Below are positions 29,249 to 40,074 of a stretch of DNA of 64,000 bases, in pieces. The position numbers were made by a program, and so were the translations under genes. The notes beneath the pieces are model-generated. The model did not search any database, was not told where the DNA came from, and worked only from the letters and a program-made list of their open reading frames with translations. Source of the DNA: an uncultured Thiothrix sp. (GTDB lineage Bacteria; Pseudomonadota; Gammaproteobacteria; Poriferisulfidales; GCA-002705445); contig CACEJE010000003.1 in the NCBI GenBank assembly GCA_902559815.1, positions 2,520 to 66,519 on the forward strand, given 5' to 3'. Numbering within the stretch: the first letter of the stretch is position 1; each line of letters opens with the position of its first letter.

Positions 29249-30352
29249 GTGAGTTTATTAAAAAAAATACATGCAAAAGCTGAACAAGACGGATTCATAA
29301 CATTCGATCAGTATATGGATCTTTGCTTATATTACCCAAATCACGGATATTATGATAATAAAAACATATCATTTGAAAAAAACAAGTCAGATTTTATAAC
29401 CGCGCCAGAATTATCATCAGTATATGCAGAATCAATAATAGAATTTTATTTGAATTGTAAAAAATTTAAAAATATCAATAATATAGTTGAGTTTGGTGCT
29501 GGCAGTGGAGAGCTAGCTTGTAACTTTTTAAAAAATATTGATAGAAATTTTATACCAAAAAAATATTTCATTATTGAAAAAAGCTTACACCTTCGCAAAC
29601 AACAAAAAGAAAAAATAAATAAAATACTGAAAGATGAAAGAAACGTTGTAGAGTGGATAGATGATATTGCCAAAATAAATGATGTATTTATTATAGCTAA
29701 TGAAGTTTTTGACGCTATTCCCTCAAAAATTTTCATAAAAGATAATAATAATTTTTATGAAAGAGTAATTAAAATTAAAAACAATACGCTTTATTTTTCA
29801 AAAATAGCTTGTAATAAAAATGTAAAAAATCTTATCAAAAAAATTGAAGAAAGAATTAATATGAAATTTCCAAATAATTATATGTTTGAAATTAATTTTC
29901 AGTATGAAAAATTTTTAGAGGATATTTTTAATGGGGTAAATAATTTTATTTTTTTTATTGCCGATTACGGATATGGAGAGAAAGAATTATTTCACAAAGA
30001 TAGAAATTTTGGTACTTTACAATTTTATAAAAATCACGAAAAGATAAAAAATTGTTTTAATAATCCAGGCTCCTTTGATATTTCTATAAGTGTAGATTTT
30101 TCTAACCTAGCTAGAATAATAAAAAAACATAATATTGCTTTATTGTCTTACACCACTCAAACAGAATTCTTAATAAACACAAAAATTGTAGAAAATTCTA
30201 TAAAGTATAGTAAAGATATTGATGAAATTAATGCTCTTAAAACACTTCTTTTCCCTACCGATATGGGAGAAAATTTTAAAATAATGTTATTGTGTGACAA
30301 TATGAATAGTGAATTTAATATCCCATTTAAAGATTACAGACATAAATTATGA
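29249..30352 (+). CDS. MidA/NDUFAF7-like class I SAM-dependent methyltransferase (DUF185)
   Basis: 'ITFDQYMDLCLYYPNHGYY', 'DFITAPELSSVYAE' and 'EFGAGSGELA'. GTG start. Confidence 0.75.
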   Translation: MSLLKKIHAKAEQDGFITFDQYMDLCLYYPNHGYYDNKNISFEKNKSDFITAPELSSVYAESIIEFYLNCKKFKNINNIVEFGAGSGELACNFLKNIDRNFIPKKYFIIEKSLHLRKQQKEKINKILKDERNVVEWIDDIAKINDVFIIANEVFDAIPSKIFIKDNNNFYERVIKIKNNTLYFSKIACNKNVKNLIKKIEERINMKFPNNYMFEINFQYEKFLEDIFNGVNNFIFFIADYGYGEKELFHKDRNFGTLQFYKNHEKIKNCFNNPGSFDISISVDFSNLARIIKKHNIALLSYTTQTEFLINTKIVENSIKYSKDIDEINALKTLLFPTDMGENFKIMLLCDNMNSEFNIPFKDYRHKL

Positions 30353-31128
30353 TTGAATTTCAGCAAATTATTTTTTTATCTATTGTACAAGGTATTACAG
30401 AATTTTTGCCTATATCAAGTTCAGCTCATTTAATTTTTATTCCAAAAATCTTTAATTGGAATGATCAAGGTATTTTATTTGACATAGCTATGCATTTTGG
30501 GTCATTACTTGCGATTTTGTTTTATTATATAAAGCACCAAAAAGACTTTATAGATTCTAATACATCTAAAAATTATCTTAGTGTTAATAAACTTATTATT
30601 GGATCGATACCAGTCCTATTATTTGGTTTCATTTTTTATGACTATATAAAAATTAATTTAAGATCTGTTGAAGTAATTGGAATCACGACAATTATTTTTG
30701 CAATTTTATTGATAGTAATTGAATATAATTCAAAAAGAATAAAAATTTTAAAAAATATAACATATGTTGACATAATAATAATTGGTCTGTTTCAGTCCAT
30801 AGCTCTTATCCCAGGAACCTCAAGGTCAGCCATAATTATTATAGCCAGTTTATTACTTGGCTATGATAAAAAAAGTTCAATAATTATTGCAATTATGCTT
30901 TCATTTCCTGTAATTTTAGCGGCAATGATTCATGAAATTATTTTTATAAACTTTAGTGATTTAAGTATACAATTAACTTTTCAAATAATAATTTCAATAG
31001 TTGTAACCGCAATTACTGCATATATATTAATCAAATATTTTATAATTTATATTAGCAAAATAGGATTTTATCCATTTATGATATACCGCATTATTCTTGG
31101 ATCTATATTATTATTACTTTTTGTTTAA
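30349..31128 (+). CDS. uppP: Undecaprenyl-diphosphate phosphatase
   Basis: 'QGITEFLPISSSAHL' and 'IPGTSRSA' BacA motifs. The start overlaps the upstream stop (ATGA). Confidence 0.92.
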   Translation: MIEFQQIIFLSIVQGITEFLPISSSAHLIFIPKIFNWNDQGILFDIAMHFGSLLAILFYYIKHQKDFIDSNTSKNYLSVNKLIIGSIPVLLFGFIFYDYIKINLRSVEVIGITTIIFAILLIVIEYNSKRIKILKNITYVDIIIIGLFQSIALIPGTSRSAIIIIASLLLGYDKKSSIIIAIMLSFPVILAAMIHEIIFINFSDLSIQLTFQIIISIVVTAITAYILIKYFIIYISKIGFYPFMIYRIILGSILLLLFV

Positions 31129-32199
31129 AATGGAATCAATAATATTCAAGTTAATCCTTGAAATTCTGTCCTTTATTTGGTTAACACTTAAATTTGCCAT
31201 ATCACCATAATCAATTTTATTTTCTATTTGATTTAAAATATCATAAAAAATATCAATTTTTTTATCCTCATTCATTTTATGATATTTTGTAAATAGATTT
31301 ATTTGTTCTAAAAAAATTTTTAATCTTGCTGGCCTTCTGAAAGCATCTAGAGAATTTAAAAATAATAATATTAAATCTTTATTTATTTCTAATGATATAA
31401 ATTTTGCCCCAAATTCATTAAAAATAAAATACAAATCTAATATCTTTTTCGGAAAACCAAAAAATTCAACAATATTTAGTGATAATCCACATATTGATAA
31501 GTACATATCTTTATCTATATTTAAGTTTGAAAAATATATTAGTTTTTCTTTAATTAAATCACTTTCTAAAATTTCTGGAAAATATTTTTCAGCCACTTTT
31601 GACTTTATTAAAACATCAAAAAAAGCCCAAGGATTTTTTGTATTAAGTGCCCTTGATAACTCTCCCCAAAGTCTCTCTTTTGAAAGAGTTTCAATTTCTC
31701 CAGATTTAGAAATTTCTTGCATAACTTCATAAGTTGATTCGTGAACATTAAAATCATACTCACGAAATCTCGCATAAAATCTCGCTACCCTAAAAACTCT
31801 TAAGGGATCCTCAGTAAAAGCTTTAGAAACATGTCTAAGGGTTCTATCTTCTATATCTTTTATCCCATTATATGGATCTATTACATTTCCATCTTCGTCT
31901 TCTGCAATTGCATTTATTGTCAAATCTCTTCTTGAAAGGTCCTCTTCAAGAGTTACTTCATTACTAGTATTGAATTCAAAACCCTTATGTCCCTCTTTTA
32001 TTTTCTTTTCAATTCTTGCTAAAGCGTATTCTTCTGAAGTCACTGGGTGTAAAAAAACAGGAAAGTTCTTACCAACTTGCTTATAACCTAGCTTTATTAG
32101 TTCTTGAGAACTACCATTTACCACAACCCAATCTCTTTCCTTAGGTTTAATACCTAAAATTTTGTCACGCACTGCTCCGCCTACAAGATATATTTTCAT
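31114..32199 (-). CDS. cca: tRNA nucleotidyltransferase (CCA-adding enzyme), short form without HD motif
   Basis: 'LVGGAVRDKILG' and 'RRDLTINA'. I could find no 'HD..GK' phosphohydrolase motif in the C-terminal part. Confidence 0.85.
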   Translation of the reverse strand: MKIYLVGGAVRDKILGIKPKERDWVVVNGSSQELIKLGYKQVGKNFPVFLHPVTSEEYALARIEKKIKEGHKGFEFNTSNEVTLEEDLSRRDLTINAIAEDEDGNVIDPYNGIKDIEDRTLRHVSKAFTEDPLRVFRVARFYARFREYDFNVHESTYEVMQEISKSGEIETLSKERLWGELSRALNTKNPWAFFDVLIKSKVAEKYFPEILESDLIKEKLIYFSNLNIDKDMYLSICGLSLNIVEFFGFPKKILDLYFIFNEFGAKFISLEINKDLILLFLNSLDAFRRPARLKIFLEQINLFTKYHKMNEDKKIDIFYDILNQIENKIDYGDMANLSVNQIKDRISRINLNIIDSILNKK

Positions 32200-32200
32200 A

Positions 32201-33091
32201 TTATTTGGAATTAATATATGTCGGTATTATAGTTTCTAAATCAGAGTAAAATTCATAATCTGAATCACAAATACTATCAATTTGACACGAATTAAAATTA
32301 TCAATTGAAAAAGGTTTTCCAGGAATAAATTCCATTAAGTTAGCTTGGGCCTTAGAAAAACTCTTTGATAAGGGAATAACTTTTGTACTTATATTTTTTA
32401 TTTTTATAATTAATTCAACAATATCTTTTAAAGAATAAACTTTTGGCCCACATAAATTATATTGCTTATTAAAACTTTTTGTATCAGGTATTGTATTTAT
32501 AATAAAATCTGCTAATTCGTCTACATATACTGGAGCAAATTTTGAATCGTGACAAGCTAAAGGAAAAAAATAAGGAACATAATCAAGTAATTTACTAAAT
32601 CTTAAAATGAAACTATCGTTTTCTCCAAAAATAACTGATGGTTTGAAGATTGTTACATTTGCAAATCTTTTGCCATATGTCATCAAGTAACTTTCTGCTT
32701 CACCTTTTGTTCTTAGGTAATGACTAGGTCCTTTTGAATCAGCATTTAACGCACTCATTTGTAAAATTCTATTAATACTATTTTCTTTTGATATATTTAA
32801 AATTACTCTTGCTAAATCACTATGTGCTTTTCTAAAGCCTTTTCCTGAATGACCTCTCTCGTTTAAAATACCAATTAGATTAATAAGAACATCTGTTTTT
32901 TTTGTATGCTGAATTAAATCATCATTATTATAAACATCTGCCTGAATTAATTTTATATTTGGATAAACTAATAATTTCTTATTTTTTTCTCTGTTACGAG
33001 TTATTATAGTTATTTTGTTATCAGTTTTAGCAAAGGAGTTAAGCAGGCTTAAACCTACAAAACCTGTTCCTCCAAGTATGGTTATATTCAT
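32201..33091 (-). CDS. NAD(P)-binding epimerase/dehydratase-family protein (NDUFA9-like)
   Basis: Rossmann motif 'ILGGTGFVG' and 'YLRTKGEAE' (YxxxK). Confidence 0.7.
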   Translation of the reverse strand: MNITILGGTGFVGLSLLNSFAKTDNKITIITRNREKNKKLLVYPNIKLIQADVYNNDDLIQHTKKTDVLINLIGILNERGHSGKGFRKAHSDLARVILNISKENSINRILQMSALNADSKGPSHYLRTKGEAESYLMTYGKRFANVTIFKPSVIFGENDSFILRFSKLLDYVPYFFPLACHDSKFAPVYVDELADFIINTIPDTKSFNKQYNLCGPKVYSLKDIVELIIKIKNISTKVIPLSKSFSKAQANLMEFIPGKPFSIDNFNSCQIDSICDSDYEFYSDLETIIPTYINSK

Positions 33092-33191
33092 AAAAATACC
33101 TTACATCCGAGATTTATTGTAATATCAACTCTTTATCATATAATGTTATGTTATATAATTATTATAATACATTAACTATACTAAATATTAA

Positions 33192-34004
33192 ATGCGCATA
33201 AAAACACTAATTATTTTTTATATACTGAGTCTTTCCAGTGGTCTGGTCCAAGCAGATAATTTGTCTGAAAAGTTTAATGAAGCGAATACTTTAATTTTAG
33301 CGAAAGACTATTCCAAAGCTAAAAAAATTTTAGAAACACTACTTACAAAAAATCCAGATAACGTTGAGGTAATAAATAATCTTGCTTTTATTGAAGCGAA
33401 AACCGGTAAGATAGATGAAGCTATTAAAATACTTAGAGGCTCTATTTCAAAAAATAAAAATATAGATACAATTTATAAAAATTTAACAAATCTTTATGCA
33501 TTTCAAGCAAATATTTTATATGAAGAAGCATTATCAATTAAAGAAAGTGACAACGAAATAAGCTTATCTCTAATTACAAATTCTTCATTTAAATCGTCAG
33601 ACGCAAAAGTAGTTCAAAGCAAAAAGAAACTTGATATTAATGAGAAGCCATTATTTAAAGTTAATGAAAATAATATAAAAAATTTTATAATTGAATGGGC
33701 AGGTTTCTGGCAAAATAAAAATTATCAAGAGTACTTTAATAGTTATGCATCAAACTATTTCCCTGAAAAATTCAAATCACGAGAATCTTGGCAAAAAGAT
33801 AGGAAAGCAAAAATTCAAAATAAAAAGAATATAAATATTAAAGTTTCTAATGTTAAAATTATTACAAACGACGAAAAAAATATACTCGTACAGTTTACTC
33901 AAGCTTATAATTCAGACTCATTCTCCGATGTTGTTAAGAAACACACAACTATTAGTATTGAAAAAAATAGTTTCAAAATAACTGGGGAATACATAATTAA
34001 ATAA
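33192..34004 (+). CDS. Secreted TPR-repeat protein with C-terminal NTF2-like domain
   Basis: Signal peptide and TPR-like repeats ('AKKILETLLTKNPDNVEVINNLAF'). The C-terminal domain 'FIIEWAGFWQNKNYQEYFNSY...' resembles the C-terminal domain of the next gene. Confidence 0.6.
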   Translation: MRIKTLIIFYILSLSSGLVQADNLSEKFNEANTLILAKDYSKAKKILETLLTKNPDNVEVINNLAFIEAKTGKIDEAIKILRGSISKNKNIDTIYKNLTNLYAFQANILYEEALSIKESDNEISLSLITNSSFKSSDAKVVQSKKKLDINEKPLFKVNENNIKNFIIEWAGFWQNKNYQEYFNSYASNYFPEKFKSRESWQKDRKAKIQNKKNINIKVSNVKIITNDEKNILVQFTQAYNSDSFSDVVKKHTTISIEKNSFKITGEYIIK

Positions 34005-35182
34005 TGCATAATTTTTTTAGTGTAATAATATTTTCAATATTTTTGTTAGTGAGTAATATTTCTTATTCTAAAGAAACTTCTTTACCTAATGAACAAGCTG
34101 AAATTCAACTTCTCCAAGTTCTGGATTATATGAGAAATGGAGATAATGAGAATGCATTAATAATAGCCGAACAATTAAGTAAAAATTACCCAAATTTTAA
34201 ATTAGGCAAGATAATATATGCTGATCTAATGTCATCTTATTTACAGAAAAAACCTCTTTTAGGGAGTAACTCAAGAGATAAAGAACTAAATGACTTAAAA
34301 AGTGAAGCTAAAGCTAGGATTAACTTTAACTCTATATATAAAAAACAAGACTTATTGCCAAGATCAATAATAAAACTTGCTGAAAATATAGAATTTGCGT
34401 TTTTAATTGAATTATCAAAATCTCGTTTATACGTTGTTAGAAATAATAATGATAAACCTGAAATTATTGCCGATTTTTATGTTTCAATAGGTAAAGCCGG
34501 ATTTAATAAAAATACGTCTGGAGATAATAAAACTCCTGTAGGGGTATACAAAATAACCTCGTATCTAATAGATGAAGACCTTCCGGAACTTTATGGTGAT
34601 GGAGCATATCCTATTAATTATCCAAACGCTTGGGATAAAAGAAATAACAAAACTGGTTACGGAATATGGATTCACGGAGTTCCTAGAGATGTTTATAGTC
34701 GCCCTCCTTTGACAAGCGAAGGTTGCGTTGTAACAAGTAACCATACTTTAAAAAAGCTAAAAAAGTATACATCTATTGGTAATACACCGGTTATTTTAGT
34801 AGAAAAAGTTAATTGGATAAAAAGAAATACTTGGCACGAAAATAATAACGAAGCAATAGACATTATAAAGAACTGGGAAGAGAGTTGGGAGGGGCTTGAT
34901 CCACATGAGTTCATATCTCAGCATTCCATTAATTTTAAAAGTAAAAAACATAACTTTGAAAAAAGAGTTACACATATTTTAAGGATAATAAAGAACAAGA
35001 AATTTATTGAGATAGATATTAAAAATTTAAGTTTATTTTATTACCCGCAAACAAAAAATTTAATTTATGCTGATTTTAAACAGCAATATAAAAGTAATAA
35101 TTTCGAAACTACAACGAATAAAAAATTATTTTGGGTAAAAGAAGAAGATGGTAAATGGAGAATTTTGCACGAAGATACTTAA
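34004..35182 (+). CDS. L,D-transpeptidase (YkuD family)
   Basis: Catalytic motif 'GIWIHGVPRDVYSRPPLTSEGCVV' (His...Ser-x-Gly-Cys) and a signal peptide. The ATG overlaps the upstream TAA. Confidence 0.8.
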   Translation: MHNFFSVIIFSIFLLVSNISYSKETSLPNEQAEIQLLQVLDYMRNGDNENALIIAEQLSKNYPNFKLGKIIYADLMSSYLQKKPLLGSNSRDKELNDLKSEAKARINFNSIYKKQDLLPRSIIKLAENIEFAFLIELSKSRLYVVRNNNDKPEIIADFYVSIGKAGFNKNTSGDNKTPVGVYKITSYLIDEDLPELYGDGAYPINYPNAWDKRNNKTGYGIWIHGVPRDVYSRPPLTSEGCVVTSNHTLKKLKKYTSIGNTPVILVEKVNWIKRNTWHENNNEAIDIIKNWEESWEGLDPHEFISQHSINFKSKKHNFEKRVTHILRIIKNKKFIEIDIKNLSLFYYPQTKNLIYADFKQQYKSNNFETTTNKKLFWVKEEDGKWRILHEDT

Positions 35183-35256
35183 TTTTAATAAAATTACTTG
35201 ATTTCGTGAAATTATCTGTATAATAAAAAAACTAAAAAATAATTTAAGGATTAAAT

Positions 35257-35583
35257 ATGTCAAACACAGTAGTAAAAGTTACAGATTCGGAGTTTGAAAA
35301 TCTAGTTTTAAAATCAGAAAAACCATTTTTACTTGATTTTTGGGCAGAATGGTGTGGCCCTTGTAAGATGATTGCTCCAGTTTTAGAGCAAATTGCCGAA
35401 GAGAAGTCAGATGTAATAATAATAGGCAAGATTAATGTTGACGAAAACTCTCAAACTGCTACAAAATTTGGTATTCGTGGCATCCCAACATTAATGCTAT
35501 TTAAAAATGGTGAGGCTATTGGGACACAAGTTGGTGCATTAAGCAAAAATGATTTAGAAAAATTTATTGCAGATAACATATAA
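35257..35583 (+). CDS. trxA: Thioredoxin
   Basis: 'DFWAEWCGPCKMIAP' active site, 108 aa. Confidence 0.95.
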   Translation: MSNTVVKVTDSEFENLVLKSEKPFLLDFWAEWCGPCKMIAPVLEQIAEEKSDVIIIGKINVDENSQTATKFGIRGIPTLMLFKNGEAIGTQVGALSKNDLEKFIADNI

Positions 35584-35725
35584 AAAAAAGTAGACGCAAG
35601 TTAAAATTAATGTTAACTTTTAATCTCAAAGCAGATTTAGCACTTCAAAATTTAAAAAATTCAAGCTTAAAGCAAATGTAAAAGCATTTTCTAGTCTGCA
35701 AAATCCATAGGTAAAACAATATATT

Positions 35726-36982
35726 ATGAACTTAACAGAGTTAAAAACAAAAAGCCCTTCAGATTTAATGACAATGGCGTCTGATATGGGTATTGAAAAT
35801 ATTGCAAGAGCAAGAAAGCAAGAGGTAATTTTTTCTATATTAAAATCCCATGCAAAAAATGGGGAAGATATTTTTGGTGATGGAGTGTTAGAAATACTAC
35901 AAGATGGGTTTGGTTTTCTTAGGTCATCAAATAGTTCATATTTAGCAGGCCCTGATGATATATATGTTTCACCAAGTCAAATTAGGAAATTTGGTTTAAG
36001 AACAGGCGATACAGTTTCTGGAAAAATAAGACCCCCAAAAGATACTGAAAGATATTTTGCTATGTTAAAAGTTGACCAGATCAATTATGAATCACCAGAA
36101 AATGCCAAACGAAAAATATTATTTGAAAACTTAACACCTTTACACGCAGAAAAAAGAATAAAACTTGAAAGAGGTAATGGAAGTAGCGAAGATATTACAG
36201 CTCGAATTATTGATATATGCTCTCCAATAGGAAAAGGTCAAAGAGGATTAGTTGTATCACCACCTAAAGCTGGTAAAACAATAATGCTTCAGAATATTGC
36301 TCAAAGTATTACAACTAATAATCCTGAATGTCATTTAATAGTTCTACTAATTGATGAAAGACCAGAAGAAGTTACTGAAATGGCAAGAATGGTTGATGGA
36401 GAAGTAGTTTCAAGCACATTTGATGAGCCGGCAACTAGACACGTTCAAGTTGCAGAAATGGTAATTGAAAAAGCTAAAAGGCTTGTAGAACATAAACAAG
36501 ATGTGGTCATTCTACTAGATTCGATTACAAGGCTTGCTAGAGCTTATAATACTGTTTCCCCATCCTCAGGAAAAGTTTTAACGGGTGGAGTCGATGCTAA
36601 TGCCTTACATAGACCAAAAAGATTCTTTGGTGCAGCAAGAAATATAGAGGAAGGTGGTTCACTTACAATTCTTGCAACAGCATTAGTTGATACAGGATCA
36701 AAAATGGATGAAGTAATCTTTGAAGAATTTAAAGGAACAGGTAATAGTGAAATACATCTTGATAGAAGAATAGCAGAAAAAAGAGTATATCCAGCAATTG
36801 GTATTAATAAATCTGGCACAAGAAGAGAAGAGTTACTTACAACTCCTGAAGAACTCCAAAGAATGTGGATATTAAGAAAATTTATGCATTCAATGGATGA
36901 AATTGAAGCAGTTGAATTTTTACTTGATAAATTAAAGACTACAAAAACAAATAATGAATTTTTTGAGTCTATGAAAAGATAA
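35726..36982 (+). CDS. rho: Transcription termination factor Rho
   Basis: The 'GFGFLR' RNA-binding region, Walker A 'PPKAGKT', and a 'VYPAI' region. trxA-rho adjacency as in E. coli. Confidence 0.97.
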   Translation: MNLTELKTKSPSDLMTMASDMGIENIARARKQEVIFSILKSHAKNGEDIFGDGVLEILQDGFGFLRSSNSSYLAGPDDIYVSPSQIRKFGLRTGDTVSGKIRPPKDTERYFAMLKVDQINYESPENAKRKILFENLTPLHAEKRIKLERGNGSSEDITARIIDICSPIGKGQRGLVVSPPKAGKTIMLQNIAQSITTNNPECHLIVLLIDERPEEVTEMARMVDGEVVSSTFDEPATRHVQVAEMVIEKAKRLVEHKQDVVILLDSITRLARAYNTVSPSSGKVLTGGVDANALHRPKRFFGAARNIEEGGSLTILATALVDTGSKMDEVIFEEFKGTGNSEIHLDRRIAEKRVYPAIGINKSGTRREELLTTPEELQRMWILRKFMHSMDEIEAVEFLLDKLKTTKTNNEFFESMKR

Positions 36983-38258
36983 ATTTATTATTAATTTCTT
37001 TATCGGCAATATCGTGCCTTTTAATCTTTCCTTCCCAAGAAATCTGATTACATCTATCATATGCCTTTGCTTGAGCAACTTGTAAATTTACCCCAAGAGC
37101 AGTTACTGCTAATACTCTTCCCCCATTTGTTACAAATTGATCATTAATAATTTTTGTGCCAGAGTGGAAAATTTTTACATTATCTACTTTATGATCAAGG
37201 CCAGTAATGATTTTATTTTTTTCATATTTGCCTGGGTAACCTTGTGATGCCAAAACAATAGTACAAGCACTCTCCGTTTTCCATTTAATTTTAATATTCT
37301 TCAAATTATTATTTATTGTGGCTAAAAAGATTTCAATAATATCGCTATCTAACCTCATTAGAATGGCCTGTGCTTCTGGGTCACCTAATCTACAATTATA
37401 CTCTAATACATATGCTTTTTTATTTTGATCAATCATTAATCCTGCATATAAAAACCCTTGGTATTCAATACCAAGTTTTTTTAGCTCATTCAATGTTGGC
37501 TTTATTACTTCATTAATTACATTTTTAGATAAATCATCATTTATTAGTTTTGTTGGTGAATAAGCACCCATTCCGCCAGTATTTGGGCCTGTATCTCCAT
37601 TATTAAGTTTTTTATGGTCTTTTGAGGAAGCAAGAGGTACTACTTGATCACCTGAAACTAAGCATATAAAACTAGCTTCTTCGCCTTTTATAAAATCTTC
37701 AACGATAATTAGTAATTGTTTTTTATGACGAACTTCTTTAGAAAATAAATCTTGTATTAAATCCTTGGCTTCTTGATGGTTTTGAACAATAAAAACACCT
37801 TTACCAGCCGCAAGGCCATCTAGTTTTATAACCAATGGCATTTGTTGGTTATCAATATATGAGATTGCATCTTTTGGGTCTGTAAAAGATTCATGTTTTG
37901 CTGTTAAAACATTACCAGAATTTAATATTTTTTTACAAAAATCTTTACTGCCTTCAAGCTTGGAAGCTAGTTTATTAGGACCAAAAATTAATAATTTATG
38001 TTTTTTAAATTCGTCAACAATGCCATCAACTAAAGGGGCTTCAGGACCGACAACAGTAAGATCAATTTTTTTATTTTTTGCTATTTTTATATAATCTTCA
38101 ATATCAGGATCTTTTATATTAATAACTTCAATTTTATTTTCTTTTGCGATACCAGGATTTCCTGGTACTACATAAATATTTTTTATTTTTTCAGATTGTG
38201 AAGCTTTCCACGCTATAGCGTGCTCTCTTCCTCCCCCACCAATAATAAGTAAATTCAT
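36969..38258 (-). CDS. purD: Phosphoribosylamine-glycine ligase
   Basis: '[18 protein letters not shown]', an ATP-grasp core, and '[11 protein letters not shown]'. Confidence 0.95.
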   Translation of the reverse strand: MNLLIIGGGGREHAIAWKASQSEKIKNIYVVPGNPGIAKENKIEVINIKDPDIEDYIKIAKNKKIDLTVVGPEAPLVDGIVDEFKKHKLLIFGPNKLASKLEGSKDFCKKILNSGNVLTAKHESFTDPKDAISYIDNQQMPLVIKLDGLAAGKGVFIVQNHQEAKDLIQDLFSKEVRHKKQLLIIVEDFIKGEEASFICLVSGDQVVPLASSKDHKKLNNGDTGPNTGGMGAYSPTKLINDDLSKNVINEVIKPTLNELKKLGIEYQGFLYAGLMIDQNKKAYVLEYNCRLGDPEAQAILMRLDSDIIEIFLATINNNLKNIKIKWKTESACTIVLASQGYPGKYEKNKIITGLDHKVDNVKIFHSGTKIINDQFVTNGGRVLAVTALGVNLQVAQAKAYDRCNQISWEGKIKRHDIADKEINNKFIFS

Positions 38259-38260
38259 AT

Positions 38261-39808
38261 TTAATGCCTAAAGTGTCTAATACCAGTAAAAACTAAACTT
38301 ATACCTAACTCGTCGGCTGTCTTTATAACTTCATCGTCTCTTTGTGAACCACCAGGTTGAATGATACAAGATATACCAAGCTCAGAGGCTTTTTTTACAT
38401 TATCTGAAAAAGGGAAAAAAGCATCCGAAGCCATAACAGCTCCTTGTAAATTTAAATTTTGCTGCTCTGCTTTAATGCCAGCAATTAATGTAGAGTCAAT
38501 TCGACTCATCTGACCAGCACCAATTCCAAAAGTTGTTTTATTTTTAGCAAAAACAATAGCGTTTGATTTTACATATTTTGCAACAACCCATGAAAAATAT
38601 AAATCAACAAATTCTTTCTTGGTTGGTATTTTTTTTGATACAACTTTATAATTTTTACTATGATCTAAATCAGAATAATCTTCATCTTGAATTAAAAATC
38701 CATCATTAATACCCTTTATTTGATGCTTGCAATTTTTATTTTCAAAACTTTGATATTGAATTACCCGAACATTTTCTTTTATCTTTGACAACTCAATAGA
38801 CTTTTTTGAAAATGATGGTGCAATTATTAGCTCTACGAATTGTTTATTTAAAATTTCTTCCATTAAAAACTCGTCAACTTTCCTATTAAATGCTATAACA
38901 CCCCCGAATGCAGAAATTGGATCTGTATTATAAGCATTTATATATGCTTGATTAATATTTTCATTAGAGGCAACACCGCAGGGATTAGCATGCTTTACTA
39001 TTACACAAGTAGGATCGTTAAAACTTAAAGCACAAGATAATGCAGAATCTCCGTCAACTATATTATTATAAGATAAATCTTTGCCTTGTATTTTTTTTGA
39101 ATTAATTAAACCTGGTCTTTTTGTATTTGGCTCTTGATATAAGGTAGCACTTTGGTGAGGATTTTCTCCGTATCTTAAATCATTTATTTTATTTAATGAG
39201 ATAAATTTGGAAAATTTCTCATTATTGATTGTCTTATCTAAATAATTCGCTATGCATATATCATAATGAGCTACAGCCTGAAAAGCCTTAAGTGACATTT
39301 TTTTATTAAAAATATCTTGGGATTTTTTATTTAGTTTAAAGTTTTTAATATACTCACTATAATCTTCTGGAGAAGTCAAAACACAACAATTCAAATAATT
39401 TTTTGCTGCTGCTCTAACCATAGCAGGACCACCAATATCGATATTTTCAATAGCATCTTCATAATTTGAATCTTCCTTATTGATTATTTCTTCAAAAGGG
39501 TAAAAATTAACAACTAATAGATTTATTCTGTCAATTTTAAGATCTGAAAGCACTTTATCATCTTGTTCTCTTGCTAATAAACCAGAATGAATATTTGGAT
39601 GAAGCGTCTTAACTCTACCATCCATTATTTCAGGAAATTGAGTTATTTCTGACACTGCTTTTACAGGAATTTTTTCTGCTTTAAGTGCATTGTATGTGCC
39701 TCCAGTGGAGACAATCTGAAAGTTATTTTTTATTAGAAAGCTTGAAATATCTAATAAATTTTTTTTATCAGAAACACTAATTAAAGCAATTTTTTTATTT
39801 CCGCTCAA
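38261..39808 (-). CDS. purH: Bifunctional AICAR transformylase / IMP cyclohydrolase
   Basis: 'ALISVSDK', 'GRVKTLHP', and the C-terminal 'GGSQRDDEVI...GIRHFRH'. Confidence 0.95.
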   Translation of the reverse strand: MSGNKKIALISVSDKKNLLDISSFLIKNNFQIVSTGGTYNALKAEKIPVKAVSEITQFPEIMDGRVKTLHPNIHSGLLAREQDDKVLSDLKIDRINLLVVNFYPFEEIINKEDSNYEDAIENIDIGGPAMVRAAAKNYLNCCVLTSPEDYSEYIKNFKLNKKSQDIFNKKMSLKAFQAVAHYDICIANYLDKTINNEKFSKFISLNKINDLRYGENPHQSATLYQEPNTKRPGLINSKKIQGKDLSYNNIVDGDSALSCALSFNDPTCVIVKHANPCGVASNENINQAYINAYNTDPISAFGGVIAFNRKVDEFLMEEILNKQFVELIIAPSFSKKSIELSKIKENVRVIQYQSFENKNCKHQIKGINDGFLIQDEDYSDLDHSKNYKVVSKKIPTKKEFVDLYFSWVVAKYVKSNAIVFAKNKTTFGIGAGQMSRIDSTLIAGIKAEQQNLNLQGAVMASDAFFPFSDNVKKASELGISCIIQPGGSQRDDEVIKTADELGISLVFTGIRHFRH

Positions 39809-39822
39809 AATTTAGACCTATA

Positions 39823-40074
39823 TCATTTAATATTATATTGTTTCATTTTTTTTCTTAAAGTACCTCTACTTAAGCCTAGCATTTCAGATGCTTTTGTTTG
39901 GTTACCCTTACAATAATCAATTGTTTCCTCTATGAGAGGCTTTTCTACTTCACCTATTACCAAATTGTAAACTTTATCTATTGGATAGCCATCAATTTTA
40001 TTAAAATATTCCCGAACTGTTTTTCTGACAAATTCTCTTAGAAGCTTTTTAGACTCATTATTATTAACTTTCAT
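39823..40074 (-). CDS. fis: DNA-binding protein Fis
   Basis: 83 aa. '[25 protein letters not shown]' matches the Fis C-terminal HTH ('[25 protein letters not shown]' in E. coli). The ATG overlaps the accC stop by 11 nt. Confidence 0.85.
   Translation of the reverse strand: MKVNNNESKKLLREFVRKTVREYFNKIDGYPIDKVYNLVIGEVEKPLIEETIDYCKGNQTKASEMLGLSRGTLRKKMKQYNIK

Noticed and set aside
31114-32199. The short CCA-adding enzyme lacking an HD phosphohydrolase motif, considered as a possible truncation or pseudogene.
   Set aside because: The ORF is intact and of normal length for class II enzymes that naturally lack the HD domain. The head-domain motifs (GGAVRD, RRDLTINA) are intact.
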